From assembly GCA_963708395.1 (NCBI GenBank), contig CAVPSG010000002.1, forward strand, positions 901,100 to 965,099: a DNA stretch of 64,000 bases, written 5' to 3'. Shown here one piece after another: positions 40,286-50,160 of this stretch; the stretch's first letter is position 1, and each line of letters begins with the position of its first letter. A program made the position numbers and the translations under genes. The notes under the pieces are model-generated. The model saw only the letters and a program-made list of their open reading frames with translations, was not told where the DNA came from and did not search any database. This DNA comes from an uncultured Acidobacteriota bacterium. Lineage in GTDB: Bacteria; Acidobacteriota; Thermoanaerobaculia; UBA5066; Gp7-AA6.

Positions 40286-42184
40286 GTGAGGCGATTCGTC
40301 GTCGGGACGGCCGGTCACATCGATCACGGAAAGACCGCGCTCGTGAAAGCGCTGACCGGCATCGACGCCGACCGCCTGCCCGAAGAGAAGCGGCGCGGCA
40401 TCACGATCGACCTCGGCTTCGCGCACGCCGAGTGGGAGGGCGTCCGCGTCTCGTTCGTCGACGTTCCGGGGCACGAGCGGTTCGTGCGGAACATGCTGGC
40501 GGGCGCGGGCGGCATCGACGCCGTGCTGCTCGTCGTCGCCGCCGACGAATCGGTGATGCCGCAGACGCGCGAGCACTTCGAAATCGTGCGCCTGCTCGGG
40601 ATCGCGCGCGGCGTCGTGGCGGTGACGAAGATCGACCGTGTCGCGCCGGAGCTCGCCGCCGTGACGACGGACGACGTGCGCGAGCTCCTCGCCGGCTCGC
40701 CTCTCGAGGCGGCGCCCGTGGTGCCCGTCTCGTCGAAGAGCGGCGAGGGTCTCGAGGCGCTCCGCGCGGCGCTCCTGGCCCTCGCGCGTCCGGAGTCCGA
40801 GGCGGCGCGGGAGCAACGCGCCGTCCGCCTCCCGATCGACCGCGCGTTTCACGTGGCCGGGTTCGGGCCGGTCGTGACCGGGAGCCTCGTCTCGGGAACG
40901 ATCTCGCGCGAGCAGAAGCTGGCGCTCGAACCGGGCGGCCGTGCGGTCCGCGTGCGGCGGCTCGAGGTGCACGGGCGAGAGACGCCGGAGGCGCGCGCCG
41001 GCGAGCGCGTCAGCGCGAATCTCGCGGGCGTCGATCTTTCGGATCTGCGGCGCGGTCTGACACTCACCGGACCGGCGGCGTTTCCCGTGTCGCCGCTGTG
41101 GACCGCGCGCGTGACGCTCCTCGCGTCGGCGCCGGCGGTGAAGTCGGGAGACCGGCTCTCGCTCCACCACTACTCCGCGGAAGTCCGGGCGCGCGCGCGG
41201 GTCCTCGACGGGCCGGTGATACCGCCCGGCGGATCGGCGCGCGTCCAGCTCCGGCTCTCCGAGCCGCTTCCCGTTTCGCCGGGGGACCGCTTCGTCCTGC
41301 GACGCCTCTCTCCGGTCGAGACGATCGGCGGAGGCGTCGTGCTCGACCCTTTGTGGCCTCCGGTCGGACGGCGGCGCGCCGAGGAGCTGCCGCGGCTCGA
41401 TCGCCTCGAACGCGGCGATCTCGCCGAGCGCGCCGTCCTTTGGGTCGAGCAGGGGCGGGAACGCGGCGCCGGCGAGGAGGATCTCGCGGCCCGGGCCGGC
41501 GTCCCGTCGGCGGAGATCCGTGCGGCGATGGCGTCGGCGATCGCCGCCGGCCGTGTCCATCGGCTGCGCCGGTCGCCGGAGCGCTACATCTCCGAAGCGG
41601 CGTTCGGACTTCTCGCCGAACGGGCGTCCGCGGAGATCGCGGCGTATCTCGCTCGAGGCGGCGCGTCCGTCGGAATGCCGCGCGGGACGTTGCTCGGGAA
41701 GCTCCTGCCTGGCGCCGAACCGGGCTGGGCGGAGGCCGTCGAGTCGGGGCTCGCCGCCCGCGGGGTCTTTCAGCTCGCCGGCGACGAAGCGCGCCCTCCC
41801 GGCCGCGAGGATCTCGACCCGAAGGAGCGGGACGTCTCCGCGCGCATCGTGAAATTCTTCCGCGAGCGCGGGCTCGATCCGCCGTCTCCGGCGGAGGTCG
41901 TCTCGCAGGTCCAGCACCACCCGAAGGTGGTCGAGGGCCTGCTCGGTTACCTCGCCAAGAGGGGCGATCTCGCGCGGCTGCCAGGCGGCTGGCTCGTGTC
42001 CCGCGAGGCGGTGGACGGCGTCGTCGGCAAGCTCCGCGCGAGCGGGCGGAAGTCGTTCGACGTTGCGGAGTTCAAGGAGATGTTCGGTCTGACGCGGCGG
42101 CTCGCGATCCCGCTCCTCGAGCACCTCGATGCATCGAAGGTCACGCGCCGCGTGGGGGATCGCCGGGAGATCCTTCCGGGTTGA
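40286..42184 (+). CDS. selB: Selenocysteine-specific translation elongation factor SelB
   Basis: Intact 632-aa ORF: [42 protein letters not shown]...DVPGHERF...TKID, followed by long winged-helix C-terminal domains ending ...[24 protein letters not shown]. Confidence 0.92.
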   Translation: MRRFVVGTAGHIDHGKTALVKALTGIDADRLPEEKRRGITIDLGFAHAEWEGVRVSFVDVPGHERFVRNMLAGAGGIDAVLLVVAADESVMPQTREHFEIVRLLGIARGVVAVTKIDRVAPELAAVTTDDVRELLAGSPLEAAPVVPVSSKSGEGLEALRAALLALARPESEAAREQRAVRLPIDRAFHVAGFGPVVTGSLVSGTISREQKLALEPGGRAVRVRRLEVHGRETPEARAGERVSANLAGVDLSDLRRGLTLTGPAAFPVSPLWTARVTLLASAPAVKSGDRLSLHHYSAEVRARARVLDGPVIPPGGSARVQLRLSEPLPVSPGDRFVLRRLSPVETIGGGVVLDPLWPPVGRRRAEELPRLDRLERGDLAERAVLWVEQGRERGAGEEDLAARAGVPSAEIRAAMASAIAAGRVHRLRRSPERYISEAAFGLLAERASAEIAAYLARGGASVGMPRGTLLGKLLPGAEPGWAEAVESGLAARGVFQLAGDEARPPGREDLDPKERDVSARIVKFFRERGLDPPSPAEVVSQVQHHPKVVEGLLGYLAKRGDLARLPGGWLVSREAVDGVVGKLRASGRKSFDVAEFKEMFGLTRRLAIPLLEHLDASKVTRRVGDRREILPG

Positions 42185-42229
42185 GTCAGAGATTTCCGAA
42201 GGCTCCCGAATGGAGCCGCGCCGGAGACG

Positions 42230-43174
42230 TCAGAGCGACTGCCGCAGCGTCGCCGAGGACTTCAGGTCTGCCGAGTAGGAGATCTGACCGCCCAGCGTCA
42301 GCTCATTCCAGGTGGCCGCCGGGGCGGTGCCGCTCCGCGCCGGGCGGAAGAGCCAGCCGTCCATCTGTTTGCGGAAGTACGCGATGAGGAGCGGATCATT
42401 TGCAGCGATGGGGATCGCCTTCTCGACTTTTCCCGAGGGATTGATGCGCACCCAGAACCGAACCGAAAAGGGCCCCTTGTAGGAGCTCGAAGACCATGGC
42501 TGCTTCTTGGGAACGGGCGGCGTGTCCATCTGCTCGACCGGCAGCATCCCGTCCGCGGGCGCGCCGGGCTTTAGGCTCTCCAGCCACGACGCGTCGGTGC
42601 CCCACGCAATCGGCTGCGGGATCGGCGTCGCCGCGGTGATCGGCGTCAGGAGAAACTGCTCGATCTTCGGCGAGTCCACTTCGGCCGAGAGGTCGAGTCG
42701 AACCGACGCCCACGTCTGGACCGGCTGCCCCGCCTTGCGCGCCGGATCGAAGACCCATCGGATGAGAGAGCCCTGCGTCTGGGCGCCGAGCGACGGGATC
42801 GGGTCCCGGGCACGGCGGACGTTCAGGGCCTTCCCCTTCGGATCGACGAGGACGGCGGCGTAGAGGGTCGTCGGAATGACGGCGTCGGCAGTCGCCGGTT
42901 TGACCGGTGCCAGCGCCGGCGAATCGGCCGTCGAGGCGAAGGGGTTGTCGGTCGGCAGCGACTCGACCGCGACCACCGGAGGGTCGGAGAGGCGAAGGAT
43001 CGGCGCCGGCGCCGGGATCACGACCGCGGGGGCCGCCGGGGCGGACGACACGGGAACTGGCACGGGCGTCTCGACCGGCGCGGGTGGCGTCGCCGAAGGC
43101 GGCGCCGCGTCCTGCGCCGCCGCGAGGGCGGACGTCAGCGCGGCCAACGCCGCGGCGGCGATTCTCTGTCTCAT
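42230..43174 (-). CDS. Secreted Pro/Ala-rich protein with two TonB-C-terminal-like modules
   Basis: Signal peptide MRQRIAAAALAALTSALAAAQD. Two segments carry W(V/L)F(D/R)PAR..G.P motifs (IRWVFDPARKAGQPV; GWLFRPARSGTAPA). Confidence 0.5.
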   Translation of the reverse strand: MRQRIAAAALAALTSALAAAQDAAPPSATPPAPVETPVPVPVSSAPAAPAVVIPAPAPILRLSDPPVVAVESLPTDNPFASTADSPALAPVKPATADAVIPTTLYAAVLVDPKGKALNVRRARDPIPSLGAQTQGSLIRWVFDPARKAGQPVQTWASVRLDLSAEVDSPKIEQFLLTPITAATPIPQPIAWGTDASWLESLKPGAPADGMLPVEQMDTPPVPKKQPWSSSSYKGPFSVRFWVRINPSGKVEKAIPIAANDPLLIAYFRKQMDGWLFRPARSGTAPAATWNELTLGGQISYSADLKSSATLRQSL

Positions 43175-43209
43175 GACTTTCGCAGAAGTATAGCGAAGCG
43201 ATTCGAGGG

Positions 43210-45816
43210 TCACTTCGCCGAGAGCCAGTCCCGCCCGAAACCGACCTCGACCGCCAGTCGGACCTTGAGGTCCGCCGCCCCTTCCATCACTTCGCGAACC
43301 AGCTCGGAGACCGCGCCGACCTCCGCGTCCGGCGACTCGAGGACGAGCTCGTCGTGCACCTGAAGAATCAGGCGCGAGGCGAGGCGGCGCTCGGCGAGGG
43401 CCTTGTCCAGCCGGATCATGGCGATCTTGATGACGTCGGCGGCGGAGCCCTGGAACGGAGCGTTCAGGGCCATGCGCTCGGCGTTCGAGCGGACGGCGCC
43501 GTTGGACGCCGCGATGTCGGGGATCGGGCGGACCCGACCGAAGATCGTCCGGACCTCTTTCGTCCGCCGCGCCTCGTCGAGCACGCCGTCGAGGCACGCC
43601 CGCACGCTCGGGAACTGCGCGAAGTAGGAGTCCACGTAGGCCTTGGCCTCCCCGGTCGGCACGCCGAGCTCCTTGCCGAGCGTGAACGCCGCCATGCCGT
43701 AGAGGAGCGCGAAGTTGATGCGCTTCGAGGCGAACCGCATCTCGGAGCTGACGAGATCCGGCACGACGTTGAAGATCTTCGCCGCCGTCGCCCGGTGGAT
43801 GTCATCGCCGCGCTCGAAGGCCTCGATGAGATTCCGGTCGGCCGACAGGTGCGCGAGGATGCGCAGCTCGATCTGCGAGTAGTCGGCGACGACGAGCTGA
43901 TGGCCCGGCGGCGCGACGAACGCGCGGCGGATCTCGCGTCCGGCCGCCGTCCGGATCGGGATGTTCTGGAGGTTCGGGTCGGACGAGGACAGCCGGCCGG
44001 TCGCGGCGACGGTCTGTCGGTAGGACGTGTGGACTCGGCCGTGCGCGTCGGCGAGCGCCGGCAGCGCGTCCACGTAGGTTCCTTTCAGCTTCGAGATCTC
44101 GCGGTACTCGAGCACGAGCTTCGGGAGCGGGAAGCCGCGCTCGGCGAGGTCGGAAAGGACCTCGACGCCGGTCGAAGAGGATTTTGTCTTCGCGGTCTTC
44201 TTCAGGACCGGGTAGCCGAGCTTCTCGAAGAGGATCTGCCCGAGCTTGACCGGGGAGTTGACGTTGAACTCCTCACCGGCTTCCACCCAGATGCGGCGCT
44301 CGAGGTCGCGCAGATCGCGGTCCATCCGTTGAGACATCTCGTTGAGGAACGCGACGTCCACGGCGACACCCGCGAGCTCCATCCGCGCGAGGACCGGCGT
44401 CAGGGGCCGCTCGACCTCGCGGTAGATCCTTTCGAGCTCCGGCCGGCGCGCGAGCTCGGCCGCGAGGACGGGAGCGAGGGCGCGCACGACGACCGCGCGC
44501 TCCGACAGCCACCGGTCCGCGGCGCCGATCTCGTAACCCGGCGCGAGCGCGCCGCCGGCGACCCCGGCCTCCTTGTCGGAGATGAGCCGCGCCTGCATCC
44601 GCGCGAAGGCGATCGCGTCGATTTCCGCGCTCGCGACGCCGCAGGCGAGGACGTACTGGGCGAGGCCGATGTCGAAGACGTCCGCGGCGACCGCCGCGCC
44701 CTGCCGCGCGAGGAGCGTATCGAGCGGCTTGGCGTCCGCCGCCGCGACCGAGAGACTCGGGCCCGTCGAGCGCCCGCCATCGGGCGGCGACGCGATCGGC
44801 GGACTCCTCCGCGATCTGCGTCTCGCCGCCGTCGGAGGCTGCGAGGAGAACGTCAGCGCCGCTGCGCAGAAGCGAGATTCCCAGAGCCGCGCCAGCCTTC
44901 ATCTGAACGCCTCGCCGGCCGCGAGTCTCCGCGAGGGCGCGGCCGGCGGCGCGGCGGCCTCGCCCTGGATCTCGGCGGCGAGCGAGGAGAATTCGAGCTC
45001 CGAGAAGATCGCTTTCAGCTTCTCGAGGTCCGGCTCCGACCGCTTGAGCGTTTCGGGCTCGAACGGGACGGGAAGGTCGGTCGGGATGCCGGCGAGCCGG
45101 CGCGACAGGAGCGCGTCCTCGCGGTGCTGCCGCAGGCTTTCTCCCATCTTGCCCGGGATCTCGTCCGTCTTCTGGAGCAACTTTTCGAGGCTGCCGTAGG
45201 TCGAGATCCACTTCTTGGCCGTGACCTGCCCGACCCCCGGCACGCCGGGGATGTTGTCGACGCTGTCTCCCATGAGCGCCAGGACGTCGGCGACCTGGCC
45301 GGGCGCGACGCCGAAAAACTCCTTCACGCCGGCCTCGTCGAGGAAGATCTCGCGGCCCGTGTGGAAGATCCGGATTCCCGGCGCGACGAGCTGCATCATG
45401 TCCTTGTCGGCCGTGACGATGACGACGTCGAAGCCATTCGCCGCCGCCTTCGTCGCGAGCGTGCCGATGACGTCGTCGGCCTCGTAGCCTGGAATCTCGA
45501 CGATGGGGATCCGGTAGGCCGCGAGCACGCGGCGGATCTCCGGCAGCTGGCCCTTGAGGTCGTCCGCCATCGTGGGGCGGTTCGCCTTGTAGTCGGCGTA
45601 GGCCTCGTGCCGGGCCGTGCGCTCGGGGCCGTCCCAAGCGGCAGCGAGGTAGTCGGGCGCCCGCTCGCGCACCATCTTTCGCAGCATGTTCACGAACCCG
45701 TAGATTGCGTTGGTGGGCCGGCCGGACGAGGTCGAAAGCCGCTGGATGGCGTGATAGGCCCGATGGATGTTGGAGAGAGAGTCGATCAGGTAGAGGGTGG
45801 GGCGGGCTTGGGCCAT
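43210..45816 (-). CDS. polA: DNA polymerase I, with at least 2 frameshifts in the central region (about 44600-44900)
   Basis: The N-terminal 5'-nuclease part is MAQARPTLYLIDSLSNIHRAYHA...GYEADDVIGTLA...GVPGVGQVTAKKW. The C-terminal polymerase part is ...RVHTSYRQTVAATGRLSSSDPNLQNIPIR...LVVADYSQIELRILAH...QVHDELVLE. Confidence 0.93.
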
Positions 45817-45982
45817 CGGCGGCGATTCTATGGCGCGGGTTTCGAGAGGCCGGCGAGGCGCGAAAGCAGCCATCGGCGCGTCTTTTTCATCGGCGAGAGT
45901 GCCGGCGCCGGGCATGTTTCGCGCGGCGCTCGGGCGACTCAACCTTCGGGACCGAAAAGAGTTTTTCGGGGGGAAGACAGGG

Positions 45983-46021
45983 CCCAAAAACAAAACGCGC
46001 GACCCGCTTTCGGAGTCGCGC
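45983..46021 (-). terminator. Intrinsic terminator-like hairpin plus U-tract between the cyclodeaminase gene and polA
   Basis: The minus strand reads GCGCGACUCCGAAAGCGGGUCGCGC followed by GUUUUGUUUUUGG. Confidence 0.6.
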
Positions 46022-46134
46022 GATTCAATAAAGACAGAGTAACAAACGGGCACGCCGGCGTCAAGAGAAAAATGCCGGCGAGGGCATCGCCTGCTAAGTC
46101 GCTTGGAACGAATCGGTTGCGCTGTCGCGCCGCG

Positions 46135-46766
46135 TCAGAAACGGCGGCGCACTTCGGCGAGAACCTGGTCCCGCAGACGCCGGGTCTCTTCCTGCAGGTC
46201 CGCCGTCTCGCGCTGCATCCTTCCGACGAGCTCGGCGTCCGACACGCCGGAGAGGTTGATGCCGACGTTCAGGAGCGCCGCCTCGGCCGCCGCTTCGAGG
46301 AGGAGGGCCGCCGAGCCCGCGTCCGAGGCCGCGTTCGGGTTTCCTTTTTCGACGAGCTCGGGCAGCGAGGCGAGGAGCCTCGCGGCCGCACGGGCGGTCC
46401 GCATCGGGACCTCGGTGGCTTCCCCGGTTGGCCTCCTCGATCCGCTTTGCGCGCGCGGCCTTTTCCTCTTCGGTGCCCTTTGGCAGACGCCGCGCGGCGA
46501 CGACGAGGTCGTAGGCCTCCGAGTCTTCCCGCGCGAGGGTGAGGAATTCCCGGCGCGCCTCGCGGGCCGCCTCGGCGATCGGCCGGACGGCGTCGTGGGT
46601 CGCGGCATACTTCTCTTTCGAGAGCGTGACTCCGGCGACCATCTCGGCGAGCGCGGCGCCCATGGCCGCGGCGGCCGCGGCCGGCCGTCCCGCCTCCGGG
46701 CGTCGGCGCCTCGGAGGCGAGCGCCTCGAGGAGTTCGGCGAGCGAGAGCTTCGAAAAGTCGGTCAT
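46135..46766 (-). CDS. Formimidoyltetrahydrofolate cyclodeaminase domain protein (FTCD C-terminal type), with 2 frameshifts
   Basis: MTDFSKLSLAELLEALASEAPTPGGGTAG / MGAALAEMVAGVTLSKEKYA...EDSEAYDLVVAARRLPKGTEEEKAARAKRIEEA / ATEVPMRTARAAARLLASLPELVEKGNPNAASDAGSAALLLEAA..., read in three frames. Confidence 0.8.
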
Positions 46767-48030
46767 GACGTGCTGCCTCGGCCGCGGGGATGAGCCGGCC
46801 GCGCTGCACGACGCCCGCGACCAGGTTCACTCCCCAATGATAGATGAGGTGGCGATCGTCGGGCGCGTCGATCCAGATGACGTCGGCGGCCTTCCCCGGC
46901 TCGAGCGAGCCCGTCTCGCCGGCGAGACCCAACGATGCCGCGGCGTTCAGGGTGATCGCGGTCAGGGTCTCTTCGACGGAGAGACCCGAGTCGAGGCAGG
47001 CGTGCGCGGCGGCGGCCGGGAGGGATTCCGTCAGGCAGGTGCCGGGATTGGAGTCCGACGCCACGGCGACCGGAACGCCGGCGGCGATGAGGGCGCGGGC
47101 CGGCGCGGCCTTCGAGCGCATCCACCAGGCGGTGCCCGGAAGGATCGTCGCGATCGTTCCGGAGCGCGCGAGCGCCGCGACTTCCTCGTCGCCGATGCGC
47201 AGCAGGTGGTCGGCCGATGCCGCGCGCATTTCGCACGCCAGGAACGAGCCGCCCGACCGCGCGAGCTCGTCGGCGTGGATGCGCAGGCCGAGTCCCGCGC
47301 GCCGCCCGGCCTCGAGGATCGCCCGCGACTCGTCCACGGTGAAGACGCCTTCGTCGCAGAAGACATCGCAGAACCGCGCGAGCCTGCGCCGCGCGACCTC
47401 CGGGACGATCTCGTCCGTGATGGCGCGGACCCATTCGGCGCGGTTGGCGCGGAACTCCGGCGGGATCTCGTGCGCCGCGAGCAGCGTCGGCACGAGACGC
47501 GGCAGCTCCGGATCCCGCGCCGCCTCGGCCAGGATCTCGAGGGACCGGATCTCGTCCGCCACGGTCAGGCCGTATCCGGATTTCGCCTCGACGGTCGTCG
47601 CGCCGTGCGCGGACATGCGCGCGAGGCGCTCGCGCAGGAGGCGCGCGAGCTCTTCCGTCGAAGCCGCGCGCGTCGCACGCACCGTGGCGTTGATGCCTCC
47701 GCCGTCGGCGGCGATCGCCGCGTAGCTCTCGCCCGCGAGCCGCCGGCCGATCTCCGGGCCGCGGTCTCCGGCCCAGACGGGGTGCGTGTGGGAGTCCACG
47801 AGGCCCGGCAGGACCGTGCAGCCCGCGGCGTCGATCGAGATCTCGGCCGGATGCCCGGCGTAGCGGTTGCGGTAGTCCGCCTCGGAGCCGGCGAAGACGA
47901 TGAGGCCGTTCTCCGCACGCAGCGCCGCCCCATGGATGCGAAGGATCTCGCCCTGTTCGCGGCCCCGACGCGCAGCGCGGCCGAGGGGTGTCGCGAGAGT
48001 TGAGGCGTTGCGGATTTCGAGGGAAGACAT
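46763..48030 (-). CDS. hutI: Imidazolonepropionase. A frameshift is likely near the 3' end.
   Basis: LPGLVDSHTHPVWAG...YGLT...AHEIPPEF...IHADEL...SADHL...VASDSNPG. In the raw frame it reads through into the next gene. The alternative frame ends in ATGA at 46763-46766. Confidence 0.88.
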
Positions 48031-48033
48031 CGA

Positions 48034-48114
48034 CGACTGGGGACTAAGGACTAGGGACTAATTCGTGCTGGCGCTAAGGAACGAAATCAGTCCCTAGGCC
48101 TTAGTCCTTAGTCG
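48034..48114. repeat. Heptamer-periodic long hairpin (GGAC family) filling the divIVA-stop to hutI-start gap
   Basis: Arm 1 is CGACTGGGGACTAAGGACTAGGGACTAAT (48034-48062). Arm 2 is ATCAGTCCCTAGGCCTTAGTCCTTAGTCG (48086-48114). 25 of 29 positions are complementary, with a 23-nt loop. Confidence 0.85.
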
Positions 48115-48119
48115 GACCA

Positions 48120-48635
48120 TCAGATCGCCCCTTCCTCTTTCTCCTGCTTGCGTGTCATGTAGGAGACCGGCCGGTCCCGATCGCCTTCCTCGCGGTCGAA
48201 GTCGAGCACCTGGTGGAAGAGCTCGATCATCTTCTGGAGCTGCAGGCGGAAGTTGACGCGCTGGATCTTGAGCTCCTGAATCGCCTTCTCGATCTCCGCG
48301 GAGCGCTGCAGCGCGCTGTGCGTCAGCCGCTCGCCGGCCTCCTGCGCCTCCAGCACGATCCGCTCGGCGTCCTTCTGCGCCGCTGTCCGGATGTCCTCGG
48401 AGGCGCGCTGGGCCGTGAGCAGCGTGGCCTTCAGGATCCGCTCGCGCTCGCGATGTTCCTCGTTTTCCTCGTGGAGCTGCCGGACGCGCCCCTCGAGCTC
48501 GGAATTCGTTCGCGCGAGCTCCTCCATCTCCTCGGCGACCATGCTGAGGAAGGACTCGACCTCGACGGAATCGAGGCCTCTCCACTTGGTCGTGAATTCG
48601 TGCTTCTGGATTTCGAGGGGCGTCAGGCGAGGCAT
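48120..48635 (-). CDS. divIVA: DivIVA-domain protein
   Basis: MPRLTPLEIQKHEFTTKWRGLDSVEVESFLSMVAEEMEEL followed by a coiled coil. Confidence 0.9.
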   Translation of the reverse strand: MPRLTPLEIQKHEFTTKWRGLDSVEVESFLSMVAEEMEELARTNSELEGRVRQLHEENEEHRERERILKATLLTAQRASEDIRTAAQKDAERIVLEAQEAGERLTHSALQRSAEIEKAIQELKIQRVNFRLQLQKMIELFHQVLDFDREEGDRDRPVSYMTRKQEKEEGAI

Positions 48636-48647
48636 GCGATCTCCTTC

Positions 48648-48947
48648 TCAGGGTCCGCCGAGCTTCGGCGCGAGCCAGTTCATCAGGAGCGAGCGGATCA
48701 GAATGATGACGAGAAGCACCAGAATGGGCGAAAAGTCGATGCCGCCCGTGCGGCCGGGAGGCAGGATGCGCCGGAAGGGGCGGAAGATCGGCTCCGTCAT
48801 CCGGTAGAGCAGCTGAACGATCGGGTTGCGCGGGTCGGGACTGACCCACGAGATCAGCGCGGCGATGATCACGGTCCACTGGATGATCGAGAGGATCGCG
48901 AAGATCACCTCGATCACTCCCGACGTGAACGCCCCGCGGAAGCTCAC
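48648..48947 (-). CDS. yggT: YggT-family membrane protein
   Basis: 99-aa ORF in the conserved position between the yggS-like and divIVA-like genes. Segments WTVIIAALISWVSPDP.NPIVQLLYRMTEPIFRPFRRILP and GGIDFSPILVLLVIILI fit YggT. Confidence 0.85.
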   Translation of the reverse strand: MSFRGAFTSGVIEVIFAILSIIQWTVIIAALISWVSPDPRNPIVQLLYRMTEPIFRPFRRILPPGRTGGIDFSPILVLLVIILIRSLLMNWLAPKLGGP

Positions 48948-49651
48948 GCGGTCTCCCGCGGCCCGAAGAGGAACGTGCCGAGACGGACCTCGGTCGACCC
49001 CTCTTCGACGGCGACGGCGAAGTCGTGGCTCATTCCCATCGAGAGCTCGGGAAAGGCGCGGCCGAACTGGTCCGAGAGGCGCGCCGCGAGGGCGGCCAGC
49101 CGGCGAAAGTGCGGACGCGACTGCTCCGGGTCGTCGGCGAACGGCGGGACGGCCATGAAGCCCCGGACGTCGAGGTGCGGCGCGGCGAGCGCCGCCGCGA
49201 CCAGATCGTCCAGATCCCGCTCGAGGACGCCGGATTTGCTCGATTCTTCACCGAGATTGACTTCGACGAGGACAGGCAGCCGCCGCTCCCCGCCGGCAAG
49301 AAGCCGCTCGAGGCGCTCCACAAGTCGTTGCCGATCTAGGCTTTCCAAAGCTGCGAAGTATTGTAGCGCCGCTGCCGCCTTGTTCGACTGAAGAGTTCCG
49401 ATCAGTTTCCAGACGAGGTCGGGTCGCTCGGCGCGTGTCGCGTCGATCTTCGCGGCACCTTCGGCGACGCGGTTTTCGCCGAAGAGCGTGAGGCCCGCCC
49501 GCACCGCCGCGCGCACGGTCTCGGGGCCATGTCCCTTCGTCACGGCGAGGAGCGCGACCGTTCGCGGGTCGCGGCGCGCGCGCGCACACGCGCCGGAGAT
49601 CGCAGCGAGCGCCTCGTCGCGGCGGCCGGCGATCTCGTCGGCGGAGAGCAT
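48944..49651 (-). CDS. yggS: YggS-family pyridoxal-phosphate homeostasis protein
   Basis: ALLAVTKGHGPETVRAAVRAGLTLFGENRVAEG...WKLIGTLQSNK...LSMGMSHDF..AVEEGSTEVRLGTFLFG. Confidence 0.9.
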   Translation of the reverse strand: MLSADEIAGRRDEALAAISGACARARRDPRTVALLAVTKGHGPETVRAAVRAGLTLFGENRVAEGAAKIDATRAERPDLVWKLIGTLQSNKAAAALQYFAALESLDRQRLVERLERLLAGGERRLPVLVEVNLGEESSKSGVLERDLDDLVAAALAAPHLDVRGFMAVPPFADDPEQSRPHFRRLAALAARLSDQFGRAFPELSMGMSHDFAVAVEEGSTEVRLGTFLFGPRETA

Positions 49652-49664
49652 CCGCGCGCTCAGG

Positions 49665-50075
49665 CTACCGGCGCTCGCTCGCGTCGGCGCCGAGGTTGGC
49701 CAGGCGGTCGGCGTCGCGATTCTTCTCGCGCCGCACGTGCGCGATCGAGAATCTCCGGAACCCCTTGGCGCGCCGCACGGCCTCGGAGACGAGCGGCTTC
49801 AGATGCTCCGCCTTGACGCGGTACGCGCCGTTGACCTGCTGCACGAGGAGGAGGCTGTCCGAGTAGAGCTCGACGTCCTGCACGCCGAGCTCCTCGGCGC
49901 GCGCGAGCGCGAGGAGCAGCGCCCGGTACTCGGCGACGTTGTTCGTGGCGCGCCCGAGGGCTTCGAAGTGCTCCTCGGCGGCGCCGTCGCCGCGCGGCGC
50001 GACCCACACGCCGGCGCCCGCCGGACCGGGATTGCCGCGGGCCGCGCCGTCGATGAAAGCGGTGAATTTCGCCAA
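49665..50075 (-). CDS. rnhA: Ribonuclease H (type 1)
   Basis: FIDGAARGNPGPAGAG...ATNNVAEYRALLLALARA...LYSDSLLLVQQVNG...REKNRDADRLAN. TTG start at 50075. Confidence 0.82.
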   Translation of the reverse strand: MAKFTAFIDGAARGNPGPAGAGVWVAPRGDGAAEEHFEALGRATNNVAEYRALLLALARAEELGVQDVELYSDSLLLVQQVNGAYRVKAEHLKPLVSEAVRRAKGFRRFSIAHVRREKNRDADRLANLGADASERR

Positions 50076-50160
50076 GCTGTCGGCTCTCAGCTGTCAGCTC
50101 TCAGCCGGAGCTCGAGCCGGGCGGTTCTGGCTGACAGCTGACGGCTGATGGCTGAAAGCT
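50075..50160. repeat. Heptamer-periodic long hairpin (GCTGA family) filling the gap between the zinc-ribbon gene stop and the rnhA start
   Basis: Arm 1 is AGCTGTCGGCTCTCAGCTGTCAGCTCTCAGCC (50075-50106). Arm 2 is GGCTGACAGCTGACGGCTGATGGCTGAAAGCT (50129-50160). 26 of 32 positions are complementary. The arms are built of GCTGACA/GCTGAGA-like 7-mers. Confidence 0.85.
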
